Below, piece after piece: positions 25,090 through 38,461 of a stretch of DNA of 64,000 bases. Location of the stretch: the NCBI RefSeq assembly GCF_009914755.1, contig NC_060926.1; one strand, given 5' to 3'. Position 1 is the first letter of the stretch. Every line of letters begins with the position of its first letter. The notes below the pieces were generated by a model. It ran no database searches. It was not told the DNA's origin and saw only the letters and a program-made list of their open reading frames with translations. The translations under genes and the position numbers were made by a program. The stretch comes from the human T2T-CHM13v2.0 reference genome, Homo sapiens.

Positions 25090-25099
25090 TAATATGAGA

Positions 25100-28000
25100 T
25101 AATCGGAGCTTGTGCGGAAAGCTTCATTACAGTACCAGGGGAATGACTGTATCACAGAACACATAAAAGTGAACTAGATCTACAATGATGGTGTCTAGAG
25201 AGAGTTTCTGGATTAGAGATAATAGATGCCAGGTGGCAAATATAGACTGTAGGTCAATGAAAGCATTTCTGTGTCCCCAGGGAAGAGTTTGTCTTTGCTT
25301 GTCAGGACCTTTAAACCTACAAAGGCCAATGTTGTAAAGATGAGACACACAACATGTACAAGATTGGGTGTGTTGTTTCCAATTACATAAGAACACCTCT
25401 GCTCTTATTCCCTGGGAACATTCATTCCACCTAGCAGGGTGCACTAATGTATACATTTATTTGATTCGGGGTGTAGTAACTATATTCTGGAAGATATTTC
25501 CCTTCCTCATAAGTATTGTTTATATAGCAAGGCTTTACTTGAGTCTTCAAGAGGCTGGTCCAGTGTTCTACCAAACAATGAGTTTCCGGGTAGTATGATA
25601 TGTAAGATAACTAGTAGACTTCAAGTTATGGGCCCACTTCCACATCTCTATTGCTATACAAGCATCCTTTGGCGTAATGTAATACTGTGTAGGCTCGCAT
25701 ACCATCACAACAAAACACTCTCTAAGTCATTAGACAGTGGTCCCTGAGGGTGAGAAAAGCAAAACAATGCCCAGAATATATGTATATTTATTTTAATATG
25801 AAATGCTGATTCCTTCGAGATAGGAGATGTCCTAGGTGAGTAACTTACCAACAAGAGCCTGTTGGTTTTCTTGAGAGATAATCCCATCTTGGGGACTCAA
25901 GGTTGCCCTCTGCTTACGGTAAATTATATAATTAATGACACCAGTGGCTAATCAGTCTTGGCAAGTGGGAGCTCATCCTTTTGAATCCATGGCTTCCATT
26001 ACTGTTTGCATGGTCACTGAATACATAGTTCACTGTACCAACACTGGGGTGGCCATGGCAGAAACTGGCTGAAGTTCCATAGCTGTGCCATTTTATAATG
26101 TGGTTGCTAGCACCATCTGACGTTATTTCTCAGTAGGCCGCACAAAACCCAGCCTATGATGGACATCTAGGGCTGTATGGTTATTTGTTAACTCACGGTC
26201 AAGCTCTATGACTCCAGCAGATTTTATGACAGTATGCCAAGTGCTACTTTTTAAATATGATTAATTCTCTGATGTAGTTGGCAGTTTTGATCCAGAACCA
26301 TAGTAGTGTGTATTTTTATTCTCCCATTGGTGGCTATAATGAACTCTTCAAAACATTTTTTTCCCACCAATGGTACTTGTAATATAATTCTAATATCATG
26401 GTGTTTGCTAGAGCTTATGATCCTAGCCTCAGGGCTACTTGTACTACAGCTTAGATATACTGCAAAATGGTTTTCCTCCTTTGGGCTCCTTTCAAAGCTT
26501 GCAAACTTTTGTGTTACCCAATATACAAATCAAAATGGCATTCCTGGGGTGAAATATAATATTCTACCTCAATACTAAAAGTAAGTTATTGGGAATTATG
26601 TCTCCTTCCTTCCTGGGGGATTTGCAAGGTATAATATGCTGTCATTTACTAGGGGAGTGGGATATTCTAGCATACCCTAAACCTCTGGTCCCTCTGAAAA
26701 TTGTACTGATGTGGCAGGACCTTGAGTCTTAGTAGCATTTATTTCCTGTATTATGGAGGACAGATGTCCTATCAAAGTCTTCAACATGCTGGCCAATTCT
26801 TGCTCATTTGCTCTCAATACATAATGCACCACATTAAGGAACTACCAGATGGGGCCGATCTCTTCAGACTATTCACTGTAACAGAATGCAGGATCCCTAA
26901 AAGAACCCAGGGACAAAACTTGAAATGTATACCATTGTCAGTTCCATGTGAATGCAGATAGTTTCTAATCCTCTTCTAACGGGAATAGAAACCATTTGCC
27001 ACATTACCTAAGGTCATATAATATCTTATCTAGCTAAGATACTCCATCTGGCGCAGCAGCAATAATAGAAACTACTAACAACTTCGTTAAGTGTGTAGGA
27101 ATCCTCTGTTATCTTCCAGGTCCTATTTGTGTGTATGTGTGTGTGTGTGTGTGTATGTGTGGGGTTTGCTGAAATTCATAGAGATATTTAAGGAAACATA
27201 TTCCTGCATCCTTCATGTCTCTATAAGTGATACTAATTTCCACCATTGAACCTGAGATGTGATATTGTTTTTGACTATTTATTTTGGCAGAAATGAGGTG
27301 GATAGATTTTAGAGGCTTCCACTTGACCTTCCCCAGTATGATAGCTATAAACCTGTAGGCTGAGGATATGCTTTGAGTCTTGAGCTAATAAACAAGTATG
27401 TCTATATGAAGACTACATAAATGATCAGAGTGGGTCCAGGATTCAACGGACCCAATTTCAGCCAGATACAGACTAGAATTCATTTATGGCTTGACTCCAA
27501 AATATGCTTAGTCTAATAGGGAGGCATGATAATATTTTGGTCCACTTCGTTCCTTTGTTCAATGGTGTTGAAAAGTTTGGAGTATTATCCTTTACTCAGT
27601 GGACAGTTGATCAACTAAATGGCCATAACCACCTGTAGGTAAAGACCAGGAAGCAATGTCATGCACCGTTGGAAGGTTGCAGGCTCTTTGGTCCCAGTGA
27701 CCCAGGCTCTTCTTTAATCTATCAATTCTGAGTCTGAAAATTCACTCGGATTTTGACACTGAGAAAGAAATCTTTTTATCTGGGAGATGGCTTTCAGCCT
27801 CCTAATTATATACTTGATTTATTTGGATTATACCAATAGAGTAGTACCCTCTTGGCTGCCGATATATTTTACCCCTAAGGATGTCCTGTTTTATAACCAT
27901 CTCTGTAACTTTTGCAGGCTGTTGAGCTGGTCCTCCATCTCTGCCACTCATTGCAATAATTGTTACCACTGGGCTTCTGATGGCTGAGTGAAATCTCCCG

Positions 28001-29340
28001 TCCTCTTCTGCTGTGGAGGTCCTGTCACACCCATTGCCAATGGTAGCCCAGTTCTTTGGCAACCTCTATCTGCTACAGTCAGCCCTGGCTCATAGAGCAC
28101 AGCCTCCACTCAGCTCCTAAGTAGTGCTTTGTGCTTCTCACCAGTGAGTTCGTTCGATGTTGCTTTAGTAAATATTATATCCTTTGTGACCTCTCATGGA
28201 AGTTAGTCTTCTAGAGTTCTGCAAGCTGATATCCTATGTTCACTGCAGCATGTAACTTCTCTAAGCATTTCAGTCTGTTTTTTCTACCATCTGTCATTGC
28301 AACTCTGATGGCTCTACCACACTTAAAGTGTGCCATTGCTCTCTCCATGCTTCAATAATTCATCCTAACAGGGTATTTCACAATTTCCCAGAGTCTGTGT
28401 TAGAGTGTTAAATCCTGTGTCCTAAAAAAGTATTTTCAAGTCAGTAAACTCTCCCTTAGCTATTGTATGACATAATTCCCTCAAAATTCAGCACTATGCA
28501 TACTTTCACAGCTTATTCTAGTATACGTTAATAGTCTATAGTCATTTTCTTTCCTTATCAGGCCCAGCATGTCTTCACCTGGGTTATGTTCTAATAGAAT
28601 TCTTACTACTGGCCTCATGACCAGATAGTGAGGGAGTGGTATATCCTGAGAAAGGCCTAGTTGTCTTGTTGAATTGCGGGAAAGAGGCCTCTGCATTGTC
28701 TGCAAGCAAGAGGACTGTGCCACTGCTGTGCTCTCAGAAGGGTCCAGGGAAATCAGATTAAATTATTTTCTGAAGAGTCAACTCCGGTGTCTGCATTGCC
28801 TATGTCAGGACCCCATTCCATTCCAACCAGGTCCTTCGTCTTGGCATAAGACTTGTTTGTATTAAGAGTTTAAACATTTTAGGGGTTCAGTGCCTCTTAA
28901 AATTAACTCCTGGTTCTGGTCCTCAGCCTTCTCTGTCCTTTCACTGCAGGGAATGAAGGCCCATTTATATGCTACCAAGGAAGCCTTCTGAGTTTTAACA
29001 TTTAGATTTGGATTTTCAAATAATCTATCTCAACCTTTTCATATTACCTTTTCCCTAGCAATAGCCATCTGATTCTGTTGTTCTTATAGTTAGTATTTTA
29101 CTTAATGTTTCTCAAGTCATTGATACACTGCACCAGCCCATGAATTGGTTTTCACTGGTATATACCGTCTACCCCAACTACCAAGGGGGAGTTTCAGCAA
29201 TTGTATTGTCACCTTGCCCAGGGCAATATATGCTTTAATTATCACCACTGATGGGGTCTTCTTTCCCAGTTAGGGGCAAGTTATCCAGTTCCAAATCCCA
29301 TCCTAATGTCTTCTTTCTTATACCTTTTCTAGTTCCATCA
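25100..29340 (-). mobile_element. Decayed ERVL-class internal region (HERV16/ERV3-16A3-like) with gag-pol remnants
   Basis: Minus-strand translation near 26920-26990 gives SIPV..D*KLSAFTWN*QWYTF (cf. ERVL RT DQKQFAFTWNGQQYTF), with VHY near 26820. Integrase-like LRECF..HSI..EMWKW lies near 25630-25740. A leader-like GATGGGATTTGGAACTGGAT lies next to the LTR at about 29300. There are many stops. Confidence 0.75.
27129..27160. repeat. (TG)n microsatellite inside ERVL pol
   Basis: Read directly from sequence. Confidence 0.85.
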
Positions 29341-29915
29341 ATTGAAGTCTGAGTTCCGTGAGAAACAGAATCAGAACTCTTGCCAATTGGACTGCAAGAT
29401 GTCTTCATCTACGTATGCTGTCATAAAAAACACTATGGACTATGGGGCAAGAAAAATGTAATATTTTTCTCTCACGGTTTTGGAGACTGGAAAGTTCAAG
29501 TGTCCAGCAGGGCTCATTTTGTGTTGGGGGCTCTCTTTCTGGCATGCAGATGCTTCCTTCTCGCTGTGTCCTCGCATGGTGGCAAGAGAGCAACCTCAGG
29601 TGTCTCTTTCTCTTTCAAAGGACACCAGTTCTCTCAGATCAGGGCTTCACCGTTATGATCTCTCTTAATCTTAATCTGTCCTTCAAGGTCATATTTCCAA
29701 CATAGTCACACGGAGGCTTAGGGCTTTTAACATACACGTATGAATTTTGGGGGACACCATTCAGTCCATAGCAAAAGGCCAGCTTCTGATATTCCCACAT
29801 CAGTCAGTGATTGGATATAGACCAATGGGAATGTGTGATAATCCTTGGATCATCTGAGGCAATCTCCAAAAAGGCTGAAAACCGAGGGCTGCCTACCGCT
29901 GGCACTCTGAGCAGC
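29341..29915 (-). mobile_element. LTR33/LTR16-like 5' LTR of the ERVL element, interrupted by MLT1
   Basis: GAGTTCCGTGAGAAACAGA on the left; CAGTGATTGGATA..CTGAGGCAATCTCC..GGCTGAAAACCGAGGGCTG..GGCACTCTGAGCAGC on the right. Confidence 0.6.
29400..29773 (-). mobile_element. MLT1A/B-type MaLR solo LTR
   Basis: TGTCTT..CTCACGGTTTTGGAGACTGGAAAGTTCAAG..CTTCTCGCTGTGTCCTCGCATGG..GAATTTTGGGGGACACCATTCAGTCCATAGCA. Confidence 0.85.
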
Positions 29916-29919
29916 ATAC

Positions 29920-30270
29920 ACCACATGCTCCATCAGTGTTACTGCCCTCAGCTGGGGAGAACCCCCCTCACACAAGTTGTGATACCTTCCTAGAGGCAGC
30001 CTGCATTCAATGACAGCTTGAGAGGGGCGTAAAGGGCCAGCCACTCTGACCTGATTCAGGACAATTCTGCAAGGCTCTCCAAGCTCCAGAATTCCTATAC
30101 TGTTTCCTGAACCTTTGTTGTCACCGTTTCCCAAACTACTTTTCTTTTTGTCAATCCTGACCCTTTCCCTCTCCTACTACAGATGTTGGTCACTCGAATA
30201 CTCGCAGCACACTTCTATGAATGAATCTTTGTCTCAGAGATTGCTCCCCAAGGAACCCAGTCAGTGCCAT
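29920..30270 (+). mobile_element. Second LTR33/LTR16-like LTR in opposite orientation
   Basis: GCAGCCTGCATTCAATGAC..GGACAATTCTG..GCTCCAGA..AATCTTTGTCTCAGAGATTGCTCCCCAAGGAACCCA, an ERVL-LTR-type 3' end. Confidence 0.6.
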
Positions 30271-30349
30271 CGGAAATCAAAACATTTATTTATTTATTTT
30301 AAAAATATGTAAATAAAATGATTATTTTCACCATTTTAATGTACAAGTT

Positions 30350-30445
30350 AGTGATCATTACACATTTAATACTTGCATGAAAACATCACATTTACCGCAT
30401 AAATATGGACAACTATTATGCATCTATTATAATTAAAAATAAAAC
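30350..30445 (+). mobile_element. L1MA 3'-end fragment
   Basis: GATCATTACACATT..AAACATCACAT.TACC.CATAAATATG.ACAACTATTATG.ATC.ATTA.AATTAAAAATAAAA. Confidence 0.7.
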
Positions 30446-31244
30446 ATTTATAAATGAGAACATACTGGAAATGTGTAGTCATGATGGTGGCACCATCTTA
30501 TGTTTTTAAATTAAGAATTTTGGAGCAGGAAATGTTTTCTGTCTGTACCTAGGTCTTTACATATCAGAAAATTTCATAAAAGACCAGAATAAAAGTAGCC
30601 ATACAAAATACAACCACAAAATATGTATTAAATAGCCTACCAAAATGCCACAATGTATCATTATAATCACTATTAAATATTTATTATGCAACAGTATCAT
30701 TTATGCAATAGGATTTTTTATAAACCAGCAATTTGCACTTTGAAATTCAATTTCAGTGAATCACAAGCTTAAAAATTGAAATTCAAATTAAGCATTTCCT
30801 TTATTCAAAGTCATATATCATATTGAAAATAATCTGTATTTTTATTGCAAAAGAACACTTTAAGAAAACCCTAGAGAATTGTTTGACCTAATAATTGTAA
30901 TTGTGCATGTATTTCTTAATATTATTGATTAAATTTATATTTAGCCATTTCTCTCAGCTATATATAGTTACAGCAAAGCTATTTTGCATCAACATATATG
31001 TCTCCCTAACTATGATAAAGAATATGGTAATGATGTTGTAAATTGATTGGAAAAGATGATCTATCAATTCTTTTGCAGCTTCCGAATTCCAAAAGGTCAT
31101 TGCATGCTATGTGTATATTTTTATTCTTTCAAATCCTTCCGATTACACAGAAATAATAAAATATTACCCACAGCAACCAAACTCAGTGTCGTTTACTTGA
31201 GACCCATATTCAGCTTTAACTCCCTTAGATTTTTCAGCAGGCAG

Positions 31245-31490
31245 TATTGGTCAATGCTTATAAACTCAGTCCCTGAATCACAAAGAGGTGTTGAATTCTG
31301 TCCTGACACTTGCTAATAACCTTCAGCAACTTAATGTCTCTAAGCCTCAGTTTCTTTCTGGCTAAATCAGGACTGATAATAATAATGTTTATACCAAGGA
31401 GTTATTTTTAGAATAAAATGAGGTAATGGATGTACAATGATGAAACCAGGGCCCATCATGTAGCAAGTGATCAGAAAAGGTGAGGTGCTG
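31245..31490 (+). mobile_element. MIR, near full length
   Basis: TTGAATTCTGTCCTGACACTTGCTA..CTTAATGTCTCTAAGCCTCAGTTTCTT..GAATAAAATGAGGTAATGGATGTA. Confidence 0.75.
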
Positions 31491-31694
31491 TTTTGTGTCT
31501 TTTACCTTCCTTTTATAAAATAGGTCTTGTGTACAAAAAGAGTTTTGGAAAGTATAAAGCTTTAGGTATAAATAGACGTTTATTAAGCTACTACCACCCA
31601 AGTCATACCTCCATGATTAATAATGAAAGGTAGGATCTGTCACATACCAAAGACTAATATAATTATATATTAATCATCTGCATGAGTCCTAAAT

Positions 31695-31845
31695 TAGAGT
31701 GCATTTTCTCCTTTCTACAGATGAGAGATTTGAAAATCAGTGGTAAATGATTTGTGCAAAGTGAAACACTTGGCACGTAATGAAACTGAGCATCAGTTTT
31801 ATGTTATTTTGAATTCAAAGTGTATAGTTACTTCCTTATACTATT
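31695..31845 (-). mobile_element. MIR fragment
   Basis: CTACAGATGAGAGATTTGA..GGTAAATGATTTGTGCAAAG. Confidence 0.55.
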
Positions 31846-33549
31846 TTAGCTTTCTAAAGCAAATGCTGAGAATAATAGCAATTAATTGCCCTACTTATTC
31901 TCTAAAATTTATTTCAGTGTCAACATTCAGATGCTTTAATTGGTGAATTTCTCATGCCTTAGACTCTCACTTAATCTCAGAAATTTCCACGAAGGGAAGT
32001 TATAGCACATTGGCTTTGTGAGTTTATATGTAATCCAATTTATAATGTCCATGTTCTTAATTTCAGAATTGCTGGCAATTTTATGGCCCATAATAAGGCA
32101 CAAAACAGTCCACTGGCAAAATACCAGAAACAATGAAACCTGGGTATTTATGGACTAATTTTCTCACCAGAGATACTGTTATTTTGTGACTTGACATTAT
32201 GGTTTGCTGTCAATATAGCAGATAAGAATTAGAGAAGCGGTCATTAAGAAAATGACAATTCCTCCCCTCCTTTATTTTCAAGATAAAGTCATTGACTAGG
32301 AAAGATAAAGAAATAATAAATCAGGTAGGTACATTTATAAAGGGCAGGCACAGGTAGGACAGTAAGAAAGAATTAACTTTTTGACACTACCTAGAAGCGA
32401 ACTTACCGTGAGTCAGGCACGAGTGGATCCACAGCTTGCTTTAGACCATAAGGGCATCTGGCACCTTTGTACTGTTATGGGCTCTTAGTGCCCCTGGCAG
32501 GGTCAGACTCTGATTCGTGTATTAATATTTCATAAAACATTAATACTTTTTTGATATCCTGGACTTAGCAGTCACAGTGTTTTCGTTTTTGGTTTTGTTG
32601 TTGTTGTTGTTGTTTTTTTAAGAGCATAGGCTAAAACAGGTTAATAGGTTTTGGAGTCACAGAAATAAGTAAGAGGCTAAAAGAACAAGGCACCTCTTTT
32701 ACTCTCTTTCTTTCTCTCTCTGTGGCCCATATTCTGGCCAAATCTTTGTTCTGAAAATAAGAACTATTTCCCTGAATATAATTACAGAAAGAATGGGTCA
32801 TCCTAGACGTTTGTGTTTGTATATCAAGTTCTGATTTACTTATTTGAAATAGTCCCTGAAAACTTTGAAACTAACTTTCCCTGAATTCCTTACATCTCAT
32901 TAAAGTTTTTGTTTCATCTACTCTTTAATTCTGGATAAGTAGTCTAGGAAGATATAGCATAGCACTAGAGGAAAAAATAATGAGTAACAAAAATTATACA
33001 TGAAATATATGAGTATATAATATATATACCACATAGGTTTATGTATATATTCATCATTGTATATGAGCGTGTGTGTTTGTGTGTCTGGGTATTTATATGT
33101 AAGGCATGATGTTAACTGTTAATTACTCCGCCCTAGGGCATTGGTGAAAGTCTTATCTAGGAGTAGTAAATGGAACCTCTCTCTCCTGATTTGTATTTGA
33201 AGACATTTAATTTTTCATTGCCCTTGTTCTGGGTGTACACTTCATTTTATTTGCCTTTGTCTAACACTTGGATCAAAATTGGTCTTTTATGTCTTGGTCT
33301 TTTATGTCTTGGTAAAAATGCTATTTTCTTAAATTAAGTAAATTTATAGTCTCTGAAACTATTAGTCTATATCTACAAGTTCAAATTCAGGCTTTCACTT
33401 TAGTCCAGTAACTATAGTGCTAGGTCCAGCTTTTTTCAGCCACTTTCACTGACATACGCCTCTTGTGAATTCAGCTTCAGTCAGCTCTTGAATCACTCAT
33501 GACTAAAGCAAGCACTATGTTAGGAGTAGTGTATTTATATTGGGCTGTT

Positions 33550-34503
33550 TTTATATATAATATATATAATATATAATATATGTATTATATATAATATATC
33601 ATATAATATATATCATATGATATATTATACAATATATCATATAATATGATATATTATATGATATATTGTACAATATATCATATGATATATGATATATTAT
33701 ACAATATATCATATAAGGTATATATTATATCATATATAATATATAATATAATATATGATATAATATATGATATATGATATATAATATATGATATATGATA
33801 TATGATATATAATATATGATATATGATATATGATATATGATATATGATATATGATATATAATATATGATATATGATATATGATATGATATATGATATATG
33901 ATATAATATATGATATAATATATGATATATATTATATGATATATAATATATGATATATATTATATGATATATAATATATGATATATAATATATAATATAT
34001 GATATGATATATATTATATCATATATAATATATAATATAATATATGATATAATATATGATATATGATATATAATATATGATATATGATATATGATATATA
34101 ATATATGATATATGATATATGATATATGATATATGATATATGATATATGATATATGATATATGATATATGATATGATATATGATATATGATATAATATAT
34201 GATATAATATATGATATATATTATATGATATATAATATATGATATATATTATATGATATATAATATATGATATAATTTATATGATATATAATATATGATA
34301 TATAATATATAATATATGATATGATATATATTATATCATATATAATATATAATATAATATATGATATATATTATATATTTTTATACATTATATATATAAA
34401 CTATATAACAATATAACATATTATGTGTATAATATATATTACATATAGTATAAAATATATTATATTATATTATATTATATTATATTATATTATATTATAT
34501 TAA
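33550..34503. repeat. About 0.95-kb AT-rich array of ATATG/ATATA/ATTAT units
   Basis: Read directly; includes a long pure (ATATG)n run near 34105-34190 and a terminal (ATTAT)n. Confidence 0.97.
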
Positions 34504-35654
34504 TGCTGTTTTCATGGGACTGGAAATATGCCCAGTCATGGTTCTTATCATTGTCATCTGTTATGAATCATCATTTCAGCAAGATTGATTGGATTTCTCT
34601 CTTAGTTATGTGCCTAATCATTGCTATTTTAGTGTATATTTTCTCTTATTGAGGATAATTCCAATTTCTTAGCTTAAATTTCTCCCTATGATCTAGAAAG
34701 TCAAATACCTGTCTTGGATAATACCAGTTATTATCTGCACTTGTGCTGCCTAGAGGCCGAGTCACCATGCAATTCAATCATGAACTTGAACACCTGTTGT
34801 TTTCTCTATTTCTACAAACACACCCCTCCTCACACACCCTGTAGAATAGAGCACTTCACTTTCAATGTCAGGCTAGATCATCATTTCTCCAATCTTTTGG
34901 ACAAAGATTTTAGATTTCTGATTCTCACTTTGGCACTAATCTCAAATGCACATTAAGATTTACATTCAAATGCTCTTTCTATTCATTTTCTTCTTGTTCC
35001 ATGTGATTTGTAATACTGCGTACTGAGCATTTTGGGTGAATGACCAAGTTAAAGGTATAACTTTTATTACTATCTTTCCTGCTCTATTTTTGTTTTTAGT
35101 TTATTCTATACATTTTGAAGTATAGGATGATTTTTCTGAGTGCCTTCAAAAATAAAATATCTTTGCACTATGTAATGACAACTGTAATCAGTGAACTGAT
35201 TTTGATCTCTCTGGTTTTTATGAAAAACTGGGTATTTATTTATTTAAAGACTTATTTATTTTAAGCAGTGAAACCTATTCTAAAAGATGTGAATAGGCCA
35301 TCCAGAAGACAGACAAACTTAACATCTAGCAGGTGTTTATCAATGGTCATATTCCTTGACAAGAGTTCCTTACATTTAAGGGTGATCAAGGTAATCTGCA
35401 ACTTCAATCTACTGTTGTGATGTTTAACTTCCCTACCTGGAGCTCAGTACCCAGAGCTTCCTTTCCAATCTTCTTTGTATTCCCACCCTGAAATCTCAGA
35501 ACACTTTCTCTGTTCACTAGGGGTCGTACTCAAAAAAGTTACTTCCATAGGTTCTGTTTACAAAGTCCTTCACAAGCCTTTATTCCCTGAATAAACCTCA
35601 CTTCTATGGGAAGAATAACAAAAGAGTGCTCATCAAATTACTATAATCAGAACA

Positions 35655-36140
35655 CAATCACATTCATTCACTTAATAACTCATTCAGCTCACTATATGTC
35701 AGACATTGATGTATGCACTGGAGAATACAGCATAAACACAATTGGAAAAATTTCCTTTCTTCATGGGATTCATAGTCTAGTAAAGGGGTAAGTAAGCAAA
35801 CAAACATCACAGGTTAAGCTGACATCCAGTTGATCATCTAAAAGCTGACATTGTTAATAATTAACCTCTAAATCTGAGCTGTTCCAGGAAAAATTAAAAG
35901 CCTGTTTCCTCTAGTACAAAGAAGTATAGTATGGATCAGGTGATGCCAATATGAATGAAGAAAATGGAAGAGAGTGCGGGGAAAGTGGTGGGCTGCCTCT
36001 TTATGAGGGTGTTCAAGAGACATCTACCTGGCGAGACATCTGAAGGTAGTTACAGGGCTGAAGGACTTGAGGATACCTGGGGAAGGGAGCTCCAAACAAA
36101 GGGCACAGTAAAAAGAAAGGTGGGAGCTTTGAAAAGCTAG
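35655..36140 (-). mobile_element. L2 3' region
   Basis: CATTCATTCA..CACTATATGTCAGACATTG..CTGGAGAATACAG..CATAGTCTAGT, followed by purine-rich L2-like sequence. Confidence 0.65.
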
Positions 36141-36465
36141 CTCAGCAAAATTTCTACCTTTGAAAATCATACCATGCCTACTCCATGTAGTTTAAATGAA
36201 TACAATAAAGTTTAAGTGATAATTTTTCATTCACTGAACAGACAACACTGTGCCATCTGTTAGGCAATTGTATAGGCTTTTGGTTCAAAACACATTTCTT
36301 TCATCACCTTCTCTGTACCCCCCATATCTCACCTGTGTTACTGCCCAAACCTTTTAATTGGTCTCCTTGCATCTCCCCTTTCCTCCCGTCAGCCTGTTCA
36401 CGACGCAGCATTCTCTTCTGTCCAGAGCTCTGGCCCTGCTTATCCATTCTACAAGGACAGCATAA

Positions 36466-38461
36466 TTTTTTTAACCTTTAATTTTTTATAATTTCAACTT
36501 TTATTTTACATTCAGAGGGTAAATGTGCATGTTTGTTACCTGGGTATATTGCACGATGCTGAGGTTTGGAGTATGGTTGATCTCATGCCCAAATACTGAG
36601 CATAGTACCCAACAGTTAGTTTTTTTTAACTCTTGTCTCCTGCTTCCTCCTGATTTAGTAGTCCCCAGTGTCTGTTGCTGCCATCTTTATACCCATGTGT
36701 ACCCAGTTTTGAGCTCTCATAAGTGAAAACGTGCCGTATTTGGTTTCCTGTTTCTGCATTAATTTACTTAGGATAATGGCCTCCAGCAGCACCTATGTTG
36801 CTGCAAAGGACATGAGTTCATTCTTTTTAATGGCTGCGTAGTATTCTGGTATATTTTCTGTATCCAACCCACGAGTGATGGGCACCCAGATTGATTCCAT
36901 GTATTTGTTATGGTGAATAGTGCTGCAATGAGCATACGAACACATGTTTCTTTTTGGTAAAATGTTTTATTTTCATTTGGATATATAACCAGGGATTGGA
37001 TTTCTGGGTCAAATGGTAGTTCTATTTTTAGTTCTTTGAGAAATCCCCAAACTGCTTTACACAATGGCTGAACTAATTTACATTCCCACCAACAGTGTAT
37101 AAGAGTTCTGTTTTCTTAACATCCTCCCTGGCGTCAGTTATTTTTTGATTTTTAATAATAGCTATTCTTAATGGTGTGAGATGGTATCTCAGTGTGATTT
37201 TCATTTGAATTTCTCGGATAATTAGTGATAATGAGCATTTTTTCGTATGTTGACACCTTGAATGTCTTCTTTTAACAAGTATCTGTTCTTTTGTCCATTT
37301 TTAATAGGGTTATTTCTTTTTTGCTTGTTTGGTTGCTCAAGTTCCTTATGGATTCTGGATATTAGACCTTTGTCACATGCGTAGTTTGTGAATATTTTCT
37401 CCCATTCTATAGGTTGCGTGTTTACTCTGTTGGTAGTTTATATTGCTGTGCAGAAGCACTTTAGTTTGATTAGGTCCCACTTATCAATTTTTGTTTTTGT
37501 TGAAATTTTGAGGAATTAGTCATATAATGTTTCCTAGATTTTCTTCTAGAATTCTTATTGTTTGAGGTCTTACTTTTTAAATATTTAATCAACCTTGAGT
37601 TAAATTTTAATATATGGTGAAAGGTAGGGTTCCAATGTCATTCTTCAGCATATAGCTAGCCAGTGATCCCAGCACCATTTATTGAATAGGGAGTCCTTTC
37701 CCCATTGCTTAGTTTTCTTAATTTTGTCAAAGATCAGATGGCTTTAAGTGTGTGACTTAAATTTCAGGTTCTCTATTCTGTTATATTAGTTTGTGTGTCT
37801 GTTTTTGTACTGATACCATGCTGTTTTGGTTACTGTAGCCTTATAGTTTGAAGTCAGGTGATGTGATGCCTCAGGCTCTGTTCCTTTTGCTTAGGATTGT
37901 TTTGGCAATTCGGGCTCTTTTTTGGTTTCATATGAATTTTGGAATAGTTTTTTCTAGTTCTGTGAAAAATGGCAGTGCTAGTTTAATAGGAATAGTGTTG
38001 AATCTGTAGATTGCTTTGGCCAGTATGGCCATTTTAATAGTATTGATTCTCCCAATCCATGAGCATGAGAGATTTTTCCATTTATTTGTGTCAACTGTGA
38101 TTTCCTTCAGCAATGTTTTTTAGTTCTCCTTGCAAAGATAATTTATCTCCTTGACTAGATGTATTCCTGTGTGTTGTGGTTTTTTTTTTTTTTGCCTATT
38201 GTAGATGGGATTGCATTCTTGATTTAGCTCTCAGCTTGCACATTATTGGTGTAGAGAAATGTTACTGATTTTGGAACATTGATTTTGTATCCTGAAACTT
38301 TACTGAAGTCATTTGTCAATTCCTGGAGCCTTTTGGAGTCATTAGGATTTTCTAAGTATAGAATCATATCATCAATGAAGAGAGATATCTTGACTTCTTC
38401 TTTTCCTATTTTGATGCCTTTTATATCTTTCTCTTACCTGATTACTCTGAACAGGACTTCC
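36466..38461 (-). mobile_element. 5'-truncated L1 (L1PA15/16-like)
   Basis: 3' UTR (GGGTATATTGCACGATGCTGAGGTTTGG..CATAGTACCCAACAG); ORF2 fragments [20 protein letters not shown] and FLKELKIELPFDP. Confidence 0.9.

Noticed and set aside
33279-33313. 15-bp tandem duplication TTGGTCTTTTATGTC (similar one at 10041-10072)
   Set aside because: Ordinary slippage duplication with no functional cue.
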